Shown here piece after piece: positions 49,223 through 58,202 of a stretch of DNA of 64,000 bases. The notes beneath the pieces were generated by a model, which was given only the letters and a program-made list of their open reading frames with translations, was not told the origin of the DNA and did not search any database. The stretch lies in assembly GCA_047639455.1 (NCBI GenBank), contig JBLINS010000001.1, positions 179-64,178 on the forward strand. The letters run 5' to 3'. The DNA comes from Candidatus Omnitrophota bacterium (GTDB lineage Bacteria; Omnitrophota; Gorgyraeia; 2-02-FULL-51-18; JAGOUK01). Both the position numbers and the translations under genes were made by a program. How positions within the stretch are numbered: position 1 is the first letter of the stretch; every line of letters starts with the position of its first letter.

Positions 49223-49831
49223 CTAGACATTGGCTATTGTGGCTGAGGGTGCGTCTGGGTGCACGGTGTCATCAGCTTCAATGACAAGTGCATTAGAAAC
49301 ATCAAAAGATAATCTAAAAGTTGCGGGGCCCAAGTCTGAGTTGATGGTGAAGGTGTTGGTGGTATCCAAAATTGTGATTGTGCCATCACCAACACTAAGT
49401 GTGAAGCCAGCCGGAAAGCCTGTATCACTAGTGATGGTGAAGGCTTGTTCCTCAGACACGCAAGCCCCACCCGTAGTCGGAGTGCCATCATCATCTGTAC
49501 AAAATTGGGTACCCGTATTAACGCCAGCATCCTGTGTAATAGCACCCTGTAATGTGAAGCTATTAGAGATCGTGGCACGAATATTTGTGTAGGTGCCATC
49601 AGGCAAGTCTACATTGCCCACATATTGTGCTGCAGCTATGCCAGAGCTAACGGAGGCAATATCAATCACAGCATCATTTTCAGCAAGGGTGATGAAAATT
49701 GATCCATCTGTCGAAACTTCAATTTTTTTCATGGTTATTTTGTAAACGGTGGGATCGGCCGTAGCTGCTAAAGCTGTATATGAATACAAACTCATAAAAA
49801 TGAGTGTTAGGCAAAAAAGACCATATTTCAT
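49223..49831 (-). CDS. Secreted beta-rich hypothetical protein
   Basis: Signal peptide; T/S/D-rich; PDGTY..IR; ATGA overlap with the upstream barrel gene. Confidence 0.75.
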   Translation of the reverse strand: MKYGLFCLTLIFMSLYSYTALAATADPTVYKITMKKIEVSTDGSIFITLAENDAVIDIASVSSGIAAAQYVGNVDLPDGTYTNIRATISNSFTLQGAITQDAGVNTGTQFCTDDDGTPTTGGACVSEEQAFTITSDTGFPAGFTLSVGDGTITILDTTNTFTINSDLGPATFRLSFDVSNALVIEADDTVHPDAPSATIANV

Positions 49832-50760
49832 ACTCGCCCAACCTCAAAGCTGATCCCACTGGACTTAGCAACTCCAAAACGCTCTGTGTGAATTCTATTA
49901 TTACGCTCAACTCGTATAAGCGATTTGTCGCGGGGATCATTATTGGAAAAAGCACGCTCTGATAGGTTTAGTGGTTTGAACGCATCTTGATCAAGGTGGA
50001 GTTCGAATGTTATATCAACACCCCATTCAATGTCTTCGATTTTGTTATTGTCTTTAATATATAGATTAATAATTGTATTTTTTAAAGGTTGAATTTCTAT
50101 TCGGCTCGTCCAGCCATATAGATTATCTTCAGCAATTTTATAATCATAAATTTCACCACCACCAAAAATCTTGATCCAAGGCACATGGGGTATAGGCATG
50201 CCAAATTCAAAGTCAAAACCATTAACCGCCTTTTCATAAAGCACGCTGAGTTCAGTTTCTTCAATGCGCCGTCTTGGGCTGAGGCGTATATAGCTATTCA
50301 TGCGGATGTCGTAATTGGATCCCAAAACCTCTGACCCAAAACCAATTCTCGCATGCCCTGGATCGCGCTGATAGTCACCAAAGACATTGAATCCTATTAA
50401 TGCGTTTAATGATTCAATATACCGTCTATAACCTGTGCCAATATTGTAGACATCATCATCAGTTCCATTGTAGCTAACTCTGGATTGTAAAAAGAGAGTT
50501 TGATTGCGCAATTCATCTTGTTGCAATGCATAAACGGATTGTAGGTAGAATTGAGGTTTTAAGCTTTCTTCAAAGCTTAAGCCATAGTCTATTTGACCTA
50601 GAGGACCACTAATTTTTTTAGGCAGAGGATTTAGAATCCATGTCGCAGCTTGTGTTAGATTTGATTGTATGTCTTGGGTAGTAATATCATTCACCTCAGC
50701 CGCATAAGTAGATGCAGAAAAAATGAAGATAGAGATTAACGCAATTAATTGTTTGGCCAT
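49828..50760 (-). CDS. Inverse-autotransporter (invasin/intimin) beta-barrel without passenger
   Basis: NIGTGYRR, GFNVFGDY, HARIGFGSE, NSY, NGFDFE, VERNNRI. Confidence 0.85.
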   Translation of the reverse strand: MAKQLIALISIFIFSASTYAAEVNDITTQDIQSNLTQAATWILNPLPKKISGPLGQIDYGLSFEESLKPQFYLQSVYALQQDELRNQTLFLQSRVSYNGTDDDVYNIGTGYRRYIESLNALIGFNVFGDYQRDPGHARIGFGSEVLGSNYDIRMNSYIRLSPRRRIEETELSVLYEKAVNGFDFEFGMPIPHVPWIKIFGGGEIYDYKIAEDNLYGWTSRIEIQPLKNTIINLYIKDNNKIEDIEWGVDITFELHLDQDAFKPLNLSERAFSNNDPRDKSLIRVERNNRIHTERFGVAKSSGISFEVGRV

Positions 50761-50822
50761 GACTTACGTTAATTATAACAGTAAATAACTGATACCGCAT
50801 TTTAAAGTAGTAGAATGTTCAA

Positions 50823-52094
50823 ATGCATAATCGAATGAATATGAATTTGGTTTATTTAGCTATTATTCCGTTATTGGGGTTAATGGGGATGCTATGGGTT
50901 GTGGGTCCGTATCAATTGGGTTTGACTGAGGACTCATTGCGTTATATGTCTATAGCTGAGCATGTTGCCGCGGGGAAGGGTGTAGCGATATTTAATCGCA
51001 CGACGGGTGGAGTGTCGATGCCTGTTGTGAACTTTCAGCCATTTTTCTCGCACCTATTAGCGGTGTTTAGATTATGCGGAGTGGGCTTACAGGCGGGCTC
51101 CTTGTACTTAGTGTCAGGTATATTTTTTGCTAATCTATTTATGGCGGGTTTACTTGTTTTATTAGCTACGCGGAGTTTGGGGGCGGGGTTTGTGATTCAA
51201 ATCATGCTCTTATTGGATAGACGTATATTCATGCACCATATTTATGTTTTGACTGAGTCTTTATTTGTGCTTTGGATTCAGATAAGTGTTTTTTGCATAT
51301 GGAAATACTTTAAGCATGCGTCTAAGAAGTGGTTGTTTTTGACCTACTTGGCCTTAATTTGTATGAGTTTTACGCGTTATGCGGCTACTAGTTATGTCTT
51401 TGGCTTTGGCTTATGTTTATTATTGTGGGACAAAAATAACTTCGGGACCCGCTGTAAAAAGATCATCCTTGGTACGGGCTTAGCTTTATTGCCACTAGGC
51501 GTTTGGTTTGGACAGCATTTTTTAAAAACGGGCAAAGCTTTTGAAAGAGGTGTTGGCGGCACACATGATATGAGCCAATTCGAGCCTTTGTCTGTGGCGC
51601 AAAGTGTTTTTAAGAATGTATGCAATTACGTTATTGAAATTGGCTGGCTACCAGCCTGGCCGGCAACTACCTATATTGCAGGGATTGTCTTATTAGGAGT
51701 TGGCTGCTTACTCATGATTAAAAGGTTTAAGCATCGCGACAATCCTATTTCTATTGAAGAAATCTTATACTTATTAACCGCTAATTACATTGTTTTTCTA
51801 ATCATGCTCTGGTCGTGGAGGCATGTCACATTCATGCCAGACCCTTATCGCTTTTTGATGCCTGCTTATTATTCCATATGGATAATACTCCTAATCGTGA
51901 TTTGGAATATAACCCAAAAATGGCCTATTATTTATCGTGGCGCATTGTTAATGCTTTTATTAGCCTGCTTAAGCCCCCAAGTGCCAAATACCATTGAATG
52001 GGCGCAAGCGGGCCACAAAACCGGCCTCTACGGAATGCCCGGCCAATTCTCCTGGCGCTTCGCCAACAGCCTCACCTGGCTCCCTCCACAATAG
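50823..52094 (+). CDS. GT-C-like membrane protein
   Basis: LTEDS.RY..IA, FQPFF, LTESLF, FTRYA, multiple TMs. Confidence 0.7.
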   Translation: MHNRMNMNLVYLAIIPLLGLMGMLWVVGPYQLGLTEDSLRYMSIAEHVAAGKGVAIFNRTTGGVSMPVVNFQPFFSHLLAVFRLCGVGLQAGSLYLVSGIFFANLFMAGLLVLLATRSLGAGFVIQIMLLLDRRIFMHHIYVLTESLFVLWIQISVFCIWKYFKHASKKWLFLTYLALICMSFTRYAATSYVFGFGLCLLLWDKNNFGTRCKKIILGTGLALLPLGVWFGQHFLKTGKAFERGVGGTHDMSQFEPLSVAQSVFKNVCNYVIEIGWLPAWPATTYIAGIVLLGVGCLLMIKRFKHRDNPISIEEILYLLTANYIVFLIMLWSWRHVTFMPDPYRFLMPAYYSIWIILLIVIWNITQKWPIIYRGALLMLLLACLSPQVPNTIEWAQAGHKTGLYGMPGQFSWRFANSLTWLPPQ

Positions 52095-52135
52095 CAAAGA
52101 GTAGACGCCGGATTTCCCCCATAACCCCTTATTGA

Positions 52136-52164
52136 TTGACCCCAAAACACTCCAATGCTAAAAT
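52136..52164 (+). promoter_or_regulatory. Sigma70-type promoter of tRNA-Gln
   Basis: TTGACC-17 bp-TAAAAT with extended TG. Confidence 0.7.
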
Positions 52165-52188
52165 TACCGCTCTTACACACAACTTTAA

Positions 52189-52262
52189 TGCCTGATGGTG
52201 TAATGGTAACACACGGCCCTTTGGAGGCTGTATTCTAGGTTCGAGCCCTAGTCGGGCAACCA
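52189..52262 (+). tRNA. tRNA-Gln (anticodon UUG), CCA encoded
   Basis: TGCCTGA/TCGGGCA acceptor; CGGCC-CTTTGGA-GGCTG anticodon arm; GGTTCGAGCCC T arm. Confidence 0.96.
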
Positions 52263-52263
52263 C

Positions 52264-52626
52264 TTACAAACGGCCAGTCAAATTTGACTGGCCGTTTGTA
52301 ATTTGGATTGTGCCCAACAGGACGTAAAAAGTCCTGTCTCGGCCGGTTCCCTTCTAGGGGCCTCACTGACTCGGCCCGCTCGTAGCATGGGCTCTTTATT
52401 CATCGCCCACTCGCTACCAGCATTTGGTGTCCTGATTGGGAAATCAGGCACCAGCACAACCAAATTAAAATAATGGGCTGTGCCCCAAATAAGGGGGTAG
52501 GTTCTGAAATGGTAATATGTGTTTATTAGCACAAGACCGAGCCAGACTTGTGAGTCAAATTTGACTGGCTGTTTGTAATTTGGATTGTGCCCAACAGGAC
52601 GTAAAACGTCCTGTCTCGGCCGGTTC
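52264..52626. repeat. tRNA-3'-associated repeat module
   Basis: 38-bp perfect palindrome 52264-52301; 74-bp direct repeat 52276-52349 / 52553-52626 with 2 mismatches; motif 52357-52419 shared with the tmRNA flank. Confidence 0.85.
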
Positions 52627-52711
52627 TCTTTTGGTTCACCAGCATAAAGAGATTGGTGTATGCTGGGGTTAAAGAAGACCATATTAAATACTTTGAGGGT
52701 GGAAATTATTG

Positions 52712-53170
52712 ATGAATGAATTTGCTAGAGGATGGAATAAGTGGAATAAACGACCTTGGGGTAGGCAATTATTCAGTTTGAATTTGGGTTGTCGTATTCC
52801 TTACACAGGTAGTATTCAGGCTATGATATTGGAGATGCGATCTGGGTACGCGCGGATTCAAATGCAGGATAGGAAGTCTATACGTAATCATTTGGACTGC
52901 ATCCATGCAATTGCTTTGACTAACTTGGGTGAATTAGCAACAGGCATGGCTTTGCAAATGGGATTACCTGAATCACATAGATGCATAGCCACGCATATAG
53001 ACATTGATTTTTTAGCTAAAGCTAGAGGTGCTTTGATTGCCGAATGTGATTTTGAATTACCACTAGTTTGGGATCCTGTCACTTTGCCCATGCGGTCTAT
53101 TATTCGTAATAGCGAGAATGTAGACGTCGCCATTGTCACAACACATTGGCAAATCGATAAACGTAAATGA
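52712..53170 (+). CDS. Hotdog-fold (DUF4442/PaaI-like) protein
   Basis: PYTGSI, RNHLDCIHAIAL.NLGE, FLAKARG. Confidence 0.85.
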   Translation: MNEFARGWNKWNKRPWGRQLFSLNLGCRIPYTGSIQAMILEMRSGYARIQMQDRKSIRNHLDCIHAIALTNLGELATGMALQMGLPESHRCIATHIDIDFLAKARGALIAECDFELPLVWDPVTLPMRSIIRNSENVDVAIVTTHWQIDKRK

Positions 53171-54132
53171 TCAAAGACCGTACGCATTTAGAAAATTATA
53201 TTGGGCTTGAATCTTTTGAAAGTGAATTGAGACCTTTAATAGAAGCTGCCTGGAATGTTGAGGCAAATGGCCATATTCCTTTGTGGCTTGACGCCCTCAA
53301 CAACTTACCGCAAGTATTGCCTAGCTCATTTGACTTAAGCTCTAATGCCATACGTATTGGACATGCGAATGATATTGATACGGAACAAAATCAAGATTTG
53401 CTCAAATCTTTACGAACAATAATGCCCTGGCGCAAAGGTCCTTATGATTTTTTTGGCAACGAAATAGACACAGAGTGGCGCTGTTGGGTGAAATGGGATC
53501 GATTAAAGAACGCTTTGCCATCACTACAAGGTAAACGCATTATTGATATTGGGTGTGGGAATGGTTATTTTTTGTGGCGTCTTATGGGTGAGGGTGCAGC
53601 AAGTGCTTTGGGCATTGAGCGGCATATTCTTTATCAGACACAATTATTAATGGTGCAACATTATTTAAAGCATAATGACGTTAATTTATTACCAATTACT
53701 TTGGAGCAAATCCCTCAGAATTTTGACACCTTTGATATGGTGCTTTCTATGGGCGTTCTTTATCATGCCAAAGATCCTATTGAGCATTTGGAGCGTCTTA
53801 AAAGACTGTGTCATAAGGGCTCCACGCTAGTTTTAGAAACTTTGATGATTGATGAGCCGGGCGATGCGTGTTTAAGGCCCGAGGGACGTTATGCCAAGAT
53901 GCGGAACGTATATACAATACCATCGCTGCTTTTGTGTGAATCGTGGCTAGCCAAAGTTGGCTTTAAGAACATAGCATTAGTCGATGTGAATCAAACCTCT
54001 TTTGAAGAGCAGCGCATGACCGAGTGGATGGACTACGAATCTTTGCCACAATTTTTGTATCCAACTGATGTGAATCGAACCATAGAGGGGTATCCCGCTC
54101 CTAAAAGAGCTATGTTCATTTGTGAAGTATGA
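53167..54132 (+). CDS. cmoB: tRNA U34 carboxymethyltransferase
   Basis: PWRKGP, IDTEWR, DIGCGNGY, MGVLYH, RYAKMRNVY, TIEGYPAP. Confidence 0.92.
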   Translation: MIKDRTHLENYIGLESFESELRPLIEAAWNVEANGHIPLWLDALNNLPQVLPSSFDLSSNAIRIGHANDIDTEQNQDLLKSLRTIMPWRKGPYDFFGNEIDTEWRCWVKWDRLKNALPSLQGKRIIDIGCGNGYFLWRLMGEGAASALGIERHILYQTQLLMVQHYLKHNDVNLLPITLEQIPQNFDTFDMVLSMGVLYHAKDPIEHLERLKRLCHKGSTLVLETLMIDEPGDACLRPEGRYAKMRNVYTIPSLLLCESWLAKVGFKNIALVDVNQTSFEEQRMTEWMDYESLPQFLYPTDVNRTIEGYPAPKRAMFICEV

Positions 54133-54135
54133 TAT

Positions 54136-54191
54136 GAGATGGCCACGCCTGCCGCGCTTGCCTGCCGAGAGGCAGGCGACTCGCCATGACG
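54136..54191. repeat. CGTC-type repeat with nested CCTGCC..GGCAGG hairpin
   Basis: GAGATGGCCACG ... CTCGCCATGACG. Confidence 0.7.
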
Positions 54192-54259
54192 GGGCTGGGG
54201 GCAATGTGTGATAAAATTGCTGATTAATTTACGCGCGGGTTGACTTGGGGGAATGAGAA

Positions 54260-54649
54260 ATGAAGAAAATATTTGGTTTAGTATTAATGATCGCAGTTGT
54301 AGGTGTTAGCGTTCCAAGTGTTGTTTGTGCTGAAGCGCCAGGATGGGCTGCAAAGGCCAAAGCTGACGCTAAAGGCAAAATGGGCAATGTTAAAAAGGCT
54401 GCCAAAAAAATGGCTAAAAAAGAGTTTAAGAATGTTCGAAAAGAAGCCAAGGTTCAATTCAAAGCTGCCAAACAATCTGCTAAATCCGCGTTTGCTCAAG
54501 CTAAAGTAGCCGCTAAGCAATTAGACGGTGAAGCGCGTAAAGCTGCAATGAAACAAGCTAAAGTTGTTAAAAATAGGGCTGTAGGCAAAGCTAAAGAAAT
54601 GAAGTCCAAAGCCGTTCAAAGAGCTAAAGACGCTATTAATAAAATGTAA
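54260..54649 (+). CDS. Secreted Lys/Ala-rich helical protein
   Basis: Signal peptide, low-complexity K/A composition. Confidence 0.7.
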   Translation: MKKIFGLVLMIAVVGVSVPSVVCAEAPGWAAKAKADAKGKMGNVKKAAKKMAKKEFKNVRKEAKVQFKAAKQSAKSAFAQAKVAAKQLDGEARKAAMKQAKVVKNRAVGKAKEMKSKAVQRAKDAINKM

Positions 54650-54655
54650 TTAGAT

Positions 54656-54769
54656 TGTCATCCCCGCGGAGGCGGGGATCTAACAATTATTGCGTAGTGC
54701 AGGTTCTGGATCCCCGCCTTCGAGGGGATGACATTGTTCGCGGGGATGACATTGTTCGCGGGGATGACA
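54656..54769. repeat. RPE-like doublet with triplicated 18-bp end
   Basis: GTCATCCCCGCGGAGGCGGGGATC ... GGATCCCCGCC; CG(A/C)GGGGATGACATTGTT x2 plus a partial copy. Confidence 0.85.
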
Positions 54770-54798
54770 AGAGTTTGATTTTGGGATACAATTCGCAT

Positions 54799-55296
54799 AT
54801 GAATAAATATACGATTATTGGCATATTGGCCATTGGTTTTTTGAGTCGCTTGATTCCACATATGTGGAATTTTACGCCTGTATTGGCATTGGCATTGTTT
54901 GCCGGCATTCATTTGCCTAAGAAGCAAATGTTCTTAGTGCCTCTAGCGCTAATGTTCATGTCCGATATATTTTTGGGCATATATCCCGGAATACTTTTTA
55001 CCTGGGTGGCTGTACTCGGAAGCGTGTGCGTTGGTTTATTGCTGCGCGAGAATCGTACTTTATTAAAATTAACCTTGGGCGGCTTCGGCGCGGCCCTTGT
55101 ATTCTTCTTTATTTCAAATCTCGGTGTTTGGGTGTTTCAATATCCCAAGACAGTTACCGGTTTATCTAATTGCTATATGATGGCGATACCATTTTTTAGA
55201 AATACTTTATTCAGCACGATTTGCTATAGCATCGTTTTGGTTGGCGGTTATGATTGGGTTCTTAATCGTATTGTGGTTCGTCAGGTAGCTAAATAG
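54799..55296 (+). CDS. BtuM-like (DUF6580) cobalamin S-component
   Basis: SRLIPHMWNFTP, SD, FFFISN.GVW, CY..AIPF; adjacent to btuB. Confidence 0.8.
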   Translation: MNKYTIIGILAIGFLSRLIPHMWNFTPVLALALFAGIHLPKKQMFLVPLALMFMSDIFLGIYPGILFTWVAVLGSVCVGLLLRENRTLLKLTLGGFGAALVFFFISNLGVWVFQYPKTVTGLSNCYMMAIPFFRNTLFSTICYSIVLVGGYDWVLNRIVVRQVAK

Positions 55297-55334
55297 TTTT
55301 TAAGCATTAAAATAGTTCTTTAATAAATTAAATA

Positions 55335-55460
55335 TATTTTGGCACCTAGCTTATTTGTATTCGTTGATAAGTGAGGTTTAATGAGGGAATTGGGTGAGAA
55401 TCCCAGACGGTCCCGCCACGGTAAGGTTATTACAACCAAGTCCGAATACCACCAAAATAT
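55335..55460 (+). promoter_or_regulatory. Cobalamin riboswitch
   Basis: AGGGAATTGGGTGAGAATCCCAGACGGTCCCGCCACGGTAA...AAGTCCGAATACC. Confidence 0.9.
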
Positions 55461-55514
55461 GAAGTGATCATGATTCACGCAAGATGAGCATGATTGTAGT
55501 CGAGACCAAGATTA

Positions 55515-55549
55515 ACGGGTATGCTCTCCAGAGCATACCCGTTTTTTTG
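55515..55549 (+). terminator. Riboswitch expression-platform terminator
   Basis: ACGGGTATGCTC-TCCA-GAGCATACCCGT followed by a T tract before the btuB start. Confidence 0.85.
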
Positions 55550-55573
55550 TATGGAAAAAGTGAGTGTTACATA

Positions 55574-57598
55574 ATGAAAAAAAGAAAAAGAATTATAGTT
55601 GGTGTGCTAATCGGGCAATTATTTTGTGCCCATATTTTGAGAGCAGAAATGACTTTTGAACCATCGAAAGTGGTTGTGGATGAGCGAGTTGATAAGGTGA
55701 TCGTTACAGGCACACGCATTGCCAATTATGCTTATGAATTGACTGGGGACATGACTGTGATAGATGCTGAACAAATTTCGGCATCTGGAGCTCATAGCGT
55801 AGCCGATGTATTGGAGCAAGTCGCCGGAGTGAATGTTTACGATCGGAGCACGCCTAAGACGTCCATTGTCGATATACGTGGGTTTGGAGATGCATCTGTG
55901 AGCAATGTCCTCATTCTTGTGAATGATCGGAAGCTCAATTCAGTTGATTTGTCAGGGCCAGACCTGATTCAAATACCCATAGAAGCTGTTGAGCGCATAG
56001 AAATACTTAGAGGGGCTGGTAGTGTTTTGTATGGTGACAATGCTGTTGCTGGCGTTATCAATATCATCACCAAAAAAGGTTCTGGAGATTTGGCTATTGA
56101 ATGGACAAATCAATACGGTAGTTATGATCGCTACAAATCCTCAGGTCAAATTTCGGGTCAAGTAGATGCATTGGGGTATTATGCCTATATGAGTTATGAC
56201 GATTACAAGGGTTATAGAGATCGAAGTGATGTATTGGCACGAAATTTTAATTCACGATTCACCTATGAATGGGGTGATCGCGTTGACGTTGATATTGAAA
56301 TAGGCGGACATAATGATTCAACTAAATTACCTGGTGGTTTAGATGAAGCTGAACTTGTAGGGTTTGGGCGAAGGGGTGCCGCCGATACTAACTTCTCCAA
56401 AACCGAAGACTTTTTTACGCGTTTAGGCGTGGATATAGCTATAGGCCCTGAAGCTGGGCAATGGGGTAGTTTTGTTTTTGATTTGACTTATAAGGATAGG
56501 GATGTTCTCGATTCGTTCTTTGGCACATTTAATTCTAATCGAACTATAAAGCAATGGGGTTTATTGTCTAAGTATGTGTTTGATCACGAATTATTTGGTA
56601 AGGATATAGATTTTGTATTAGGTTTTGATTTATATGATACGGATAATGATATCCTTGGCAGTGGCACAAATTCAGACGATATCACGATATCCAAAAGTGA
56701 AATCGGCTTTTATGGATTCCTAGAATTCGAAACATTAGATAATTTGTATTTGAATTTGGGATCGCGCTATCAAGAAGCAGAGTATGACTTTGATGATAGA
56801 GGTAGCTCTGAATTCACATCCCAAAACCCGGATGAATGGTCCTCACTTGTAGGGATGAAGTATATGTTGGCGCCAGGATCGAATATTTTCCTTAACTATC
56901 AGAAGACCTTTAGGTTTTTGGCAACGGATGAATGGTATAGCACTTTTTCGGGGCTTAATACGACACTCAAACAACAAACAGGTGAACAGTTTGAATTTGG
57001 GATTAAGTACAGTCTTAATGAATGGGCTGAAGGTAGTGTCACGCCCTATCGTATGGATATCACGGATGAAATCTATTTTGATCCGAGCACATTTGTGAAT
57101 GATAATTACGAACAGACTCGTCGTGATGGAATAGAATACGCGCTTAATTTGAATCTATTAGAATTCATAGATTCTAAATCTGTGAATAAGTTAGACTTGC
57201 GTTTAGCCTATGCCTATCAAGATCCTGAGTTTAGAGGTGGGGTGAGTGACGGTAATGTTATTCCATTAGTGCCCAAACATTTATTTACGCAACAAATTGT
57301 GCTTAAATGCTGGGACAACTTCCTATTCTCATTACAAGGACGTCATGTGGGTGATAGGGTGATAGGAAATGATTTGGATAATAATAAGGCTAAGGCAAGG
57401 GATTATTATATTGCTGATGCACGTTTTGCCTATCAACAAAAGAATGTGGAGATATTCATTGAATTAAATAATCTCTTTGATACCAAGTATAATACTTATG
57501 AGATTGAGAAAACTGTAATCGCGAATACAGGCATCACACGTGACGTTTATCCAGCTGAAGAGTTTAATATGAACTTTGGAGTCAAGGTTAAGTTTTAG
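55574..57598 (+). CDS. btuB: TonB-dependent receptor, B12 type
   Basis: VIVTGTR, IRG, VERIEILRGAGSVLYG, GVINIITK, terminal F; B12 riboswitch upstream. Confidence 0.85.
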   Translation: MKKRKRIIVGVLIGQLFCAHILRAEMTFEPSKVVVDERVDKVIVTGTRIANYAYELTGDMTVIDAEQISASGAHSVADVLEQVAGVNVYDRSTPKTSIVDIRGFGDASVSNVLILVNDRKLNSVDLSGPDLIQIPIEAVERIEILRGAGSVLYGDNAVAGVINIITKKGSGDLAIEWTNQYGSYDRYKSSGQISGQVDALGYYAYMSYDDYKGYRDRSDVLARNFNSRFTYEWGDRVDVDIEIGGHNDSTKLPGGLDEAELVGFGRRGAADTNFSKTEDFFTRLGVDIAIGPEAGQWGSFVFDLTYKDRDVLDSFFGTFNSNRTIKQWGLLSKYVFDHELFGKDIDFVLGFDLYDTDNDILGSGTNSDDITISKSEIGFYGFLEFETLDNLYLNLGSRYQEAEYDFDDRGSSEFTSQNPDEWSSLVGMKYMLAPGSNIFLNYQKTFRFLATDEWYSTFSGLNTTLKQQTGEQFEFGIKYSLNEWAEGSVTPYRMDITDEIYFDPSTFVNDNYEQTRRDGIEYALNLNLLEFIDSKSVNKLDLRLAYAYQDPEFRGGVSDGNVIPLVPKHLFTQQIVLKCWDNFLFSLQGRHVGDRVIGNDLDNNKAKARDYYIADARFAYQQKNVEIFIELNNLFDTKYNTYEIEKTVIANTGITRDVYPAEEFNMNFGVKVKF

Positions 57599-57611
57599 AA
57601 TGGTTTAATTT

Positions 57612-57950
57612 ATGTGGAAAAAACAAAACCAACATCCGAATTGCAAAGAAATCAATTGCCCTCCTCATAATCCGATTAAGGATTATGAGGAGGATCCGGG
57701 TTGTTATGTATTAATCCGAATTGACATGCAAAAAAAGAATATCGAAATAGCTCTATGTAATTACGAGCATAAAATCACGCATATCTTCATTGGCAAAACA
57801 GCCCAATCTATTTACCACACTCTATTCGAATCTGAAAAGCAAGAGCCTCAAGCTTGGTTCACCAATAAAGAGCATATAGCCTATTTAGGTAAAGAACTTA
57901 AAAAAGCTGAAGTTGCTTTAGCTGGTAATACTGAATATATACAGGAATAA
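57612..57950 (+). CDS. DUF4346-like protein
   Basis: DP..Y.LIRID, G.TA..IY, HIAYLGKELKKAE.AL, EYIQE. Confidence 0.75.
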   Translation: MWKKQNQHPNCKEINCPPHNPIKDYEEDPGCYVLIRIDMQKKNIEIALCNYEHKITHIFIGKTAQSIYHTLFESEKQEPQAWFTNKEHIAYLGKELKKAEVALAGNTEYIQE

Positions 57951-57970
57951 TTGAGAAGGTCTGATTTTAG

Positions 57971-58175
57971 GTGTCCAAAATATATGGATGACTCATTTTC
58001 AAGATTGTCATTGTGAGACACTCTAATAAATTATAATGGGTGTCGTAACAATCTCACAGCAAAAGTCTTTTAATTGGTTATTTGCATTGAGTCTGAAAGC
58101 ATTCTGGGAGATCCTTACGCCAAAAGCGGCTCAGGATGACAGTCTCAAAATTAGTTTCAAATATTTTTTAGACAC
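57971..58175. repeat. CGTC-type doublet enclosed by outer imperfect IR (MITE-like)
   Basis: GTGTCCAAAATAT ... TGTCATTGTGAG ... CTCAGGATGACA ... ATATTTTTTAGACAC. Confidence 0.7.
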
Positions 58176-58202
58176 ACAAAAGTGACAGTTGCGTAGCTTT
58201 AC

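Noticed and set aside
52278-52682. 134-aa minus-strand ORF
   Set aside because: Translation of the tRNA-associated repeat module.
52189-52700. Integrated prophage or ICE at tRNA-Gln
   Set aside because: No integrase, phage genes or distant duplicate of the tRNA 3' end were found in the window.
54260-54649. Histone H1-like DNA-binding protein
   Set aside because: K/A-rich but has a clear signal peptide, so it is probably exported.
54655-54798. N-terminal extension MSSPRRRGS... of the BtuM-like ORF
   Set aside because: Translation of a palindromic repeat; a TACAAT box 6 nt before ATG 54799 indicates the real start.
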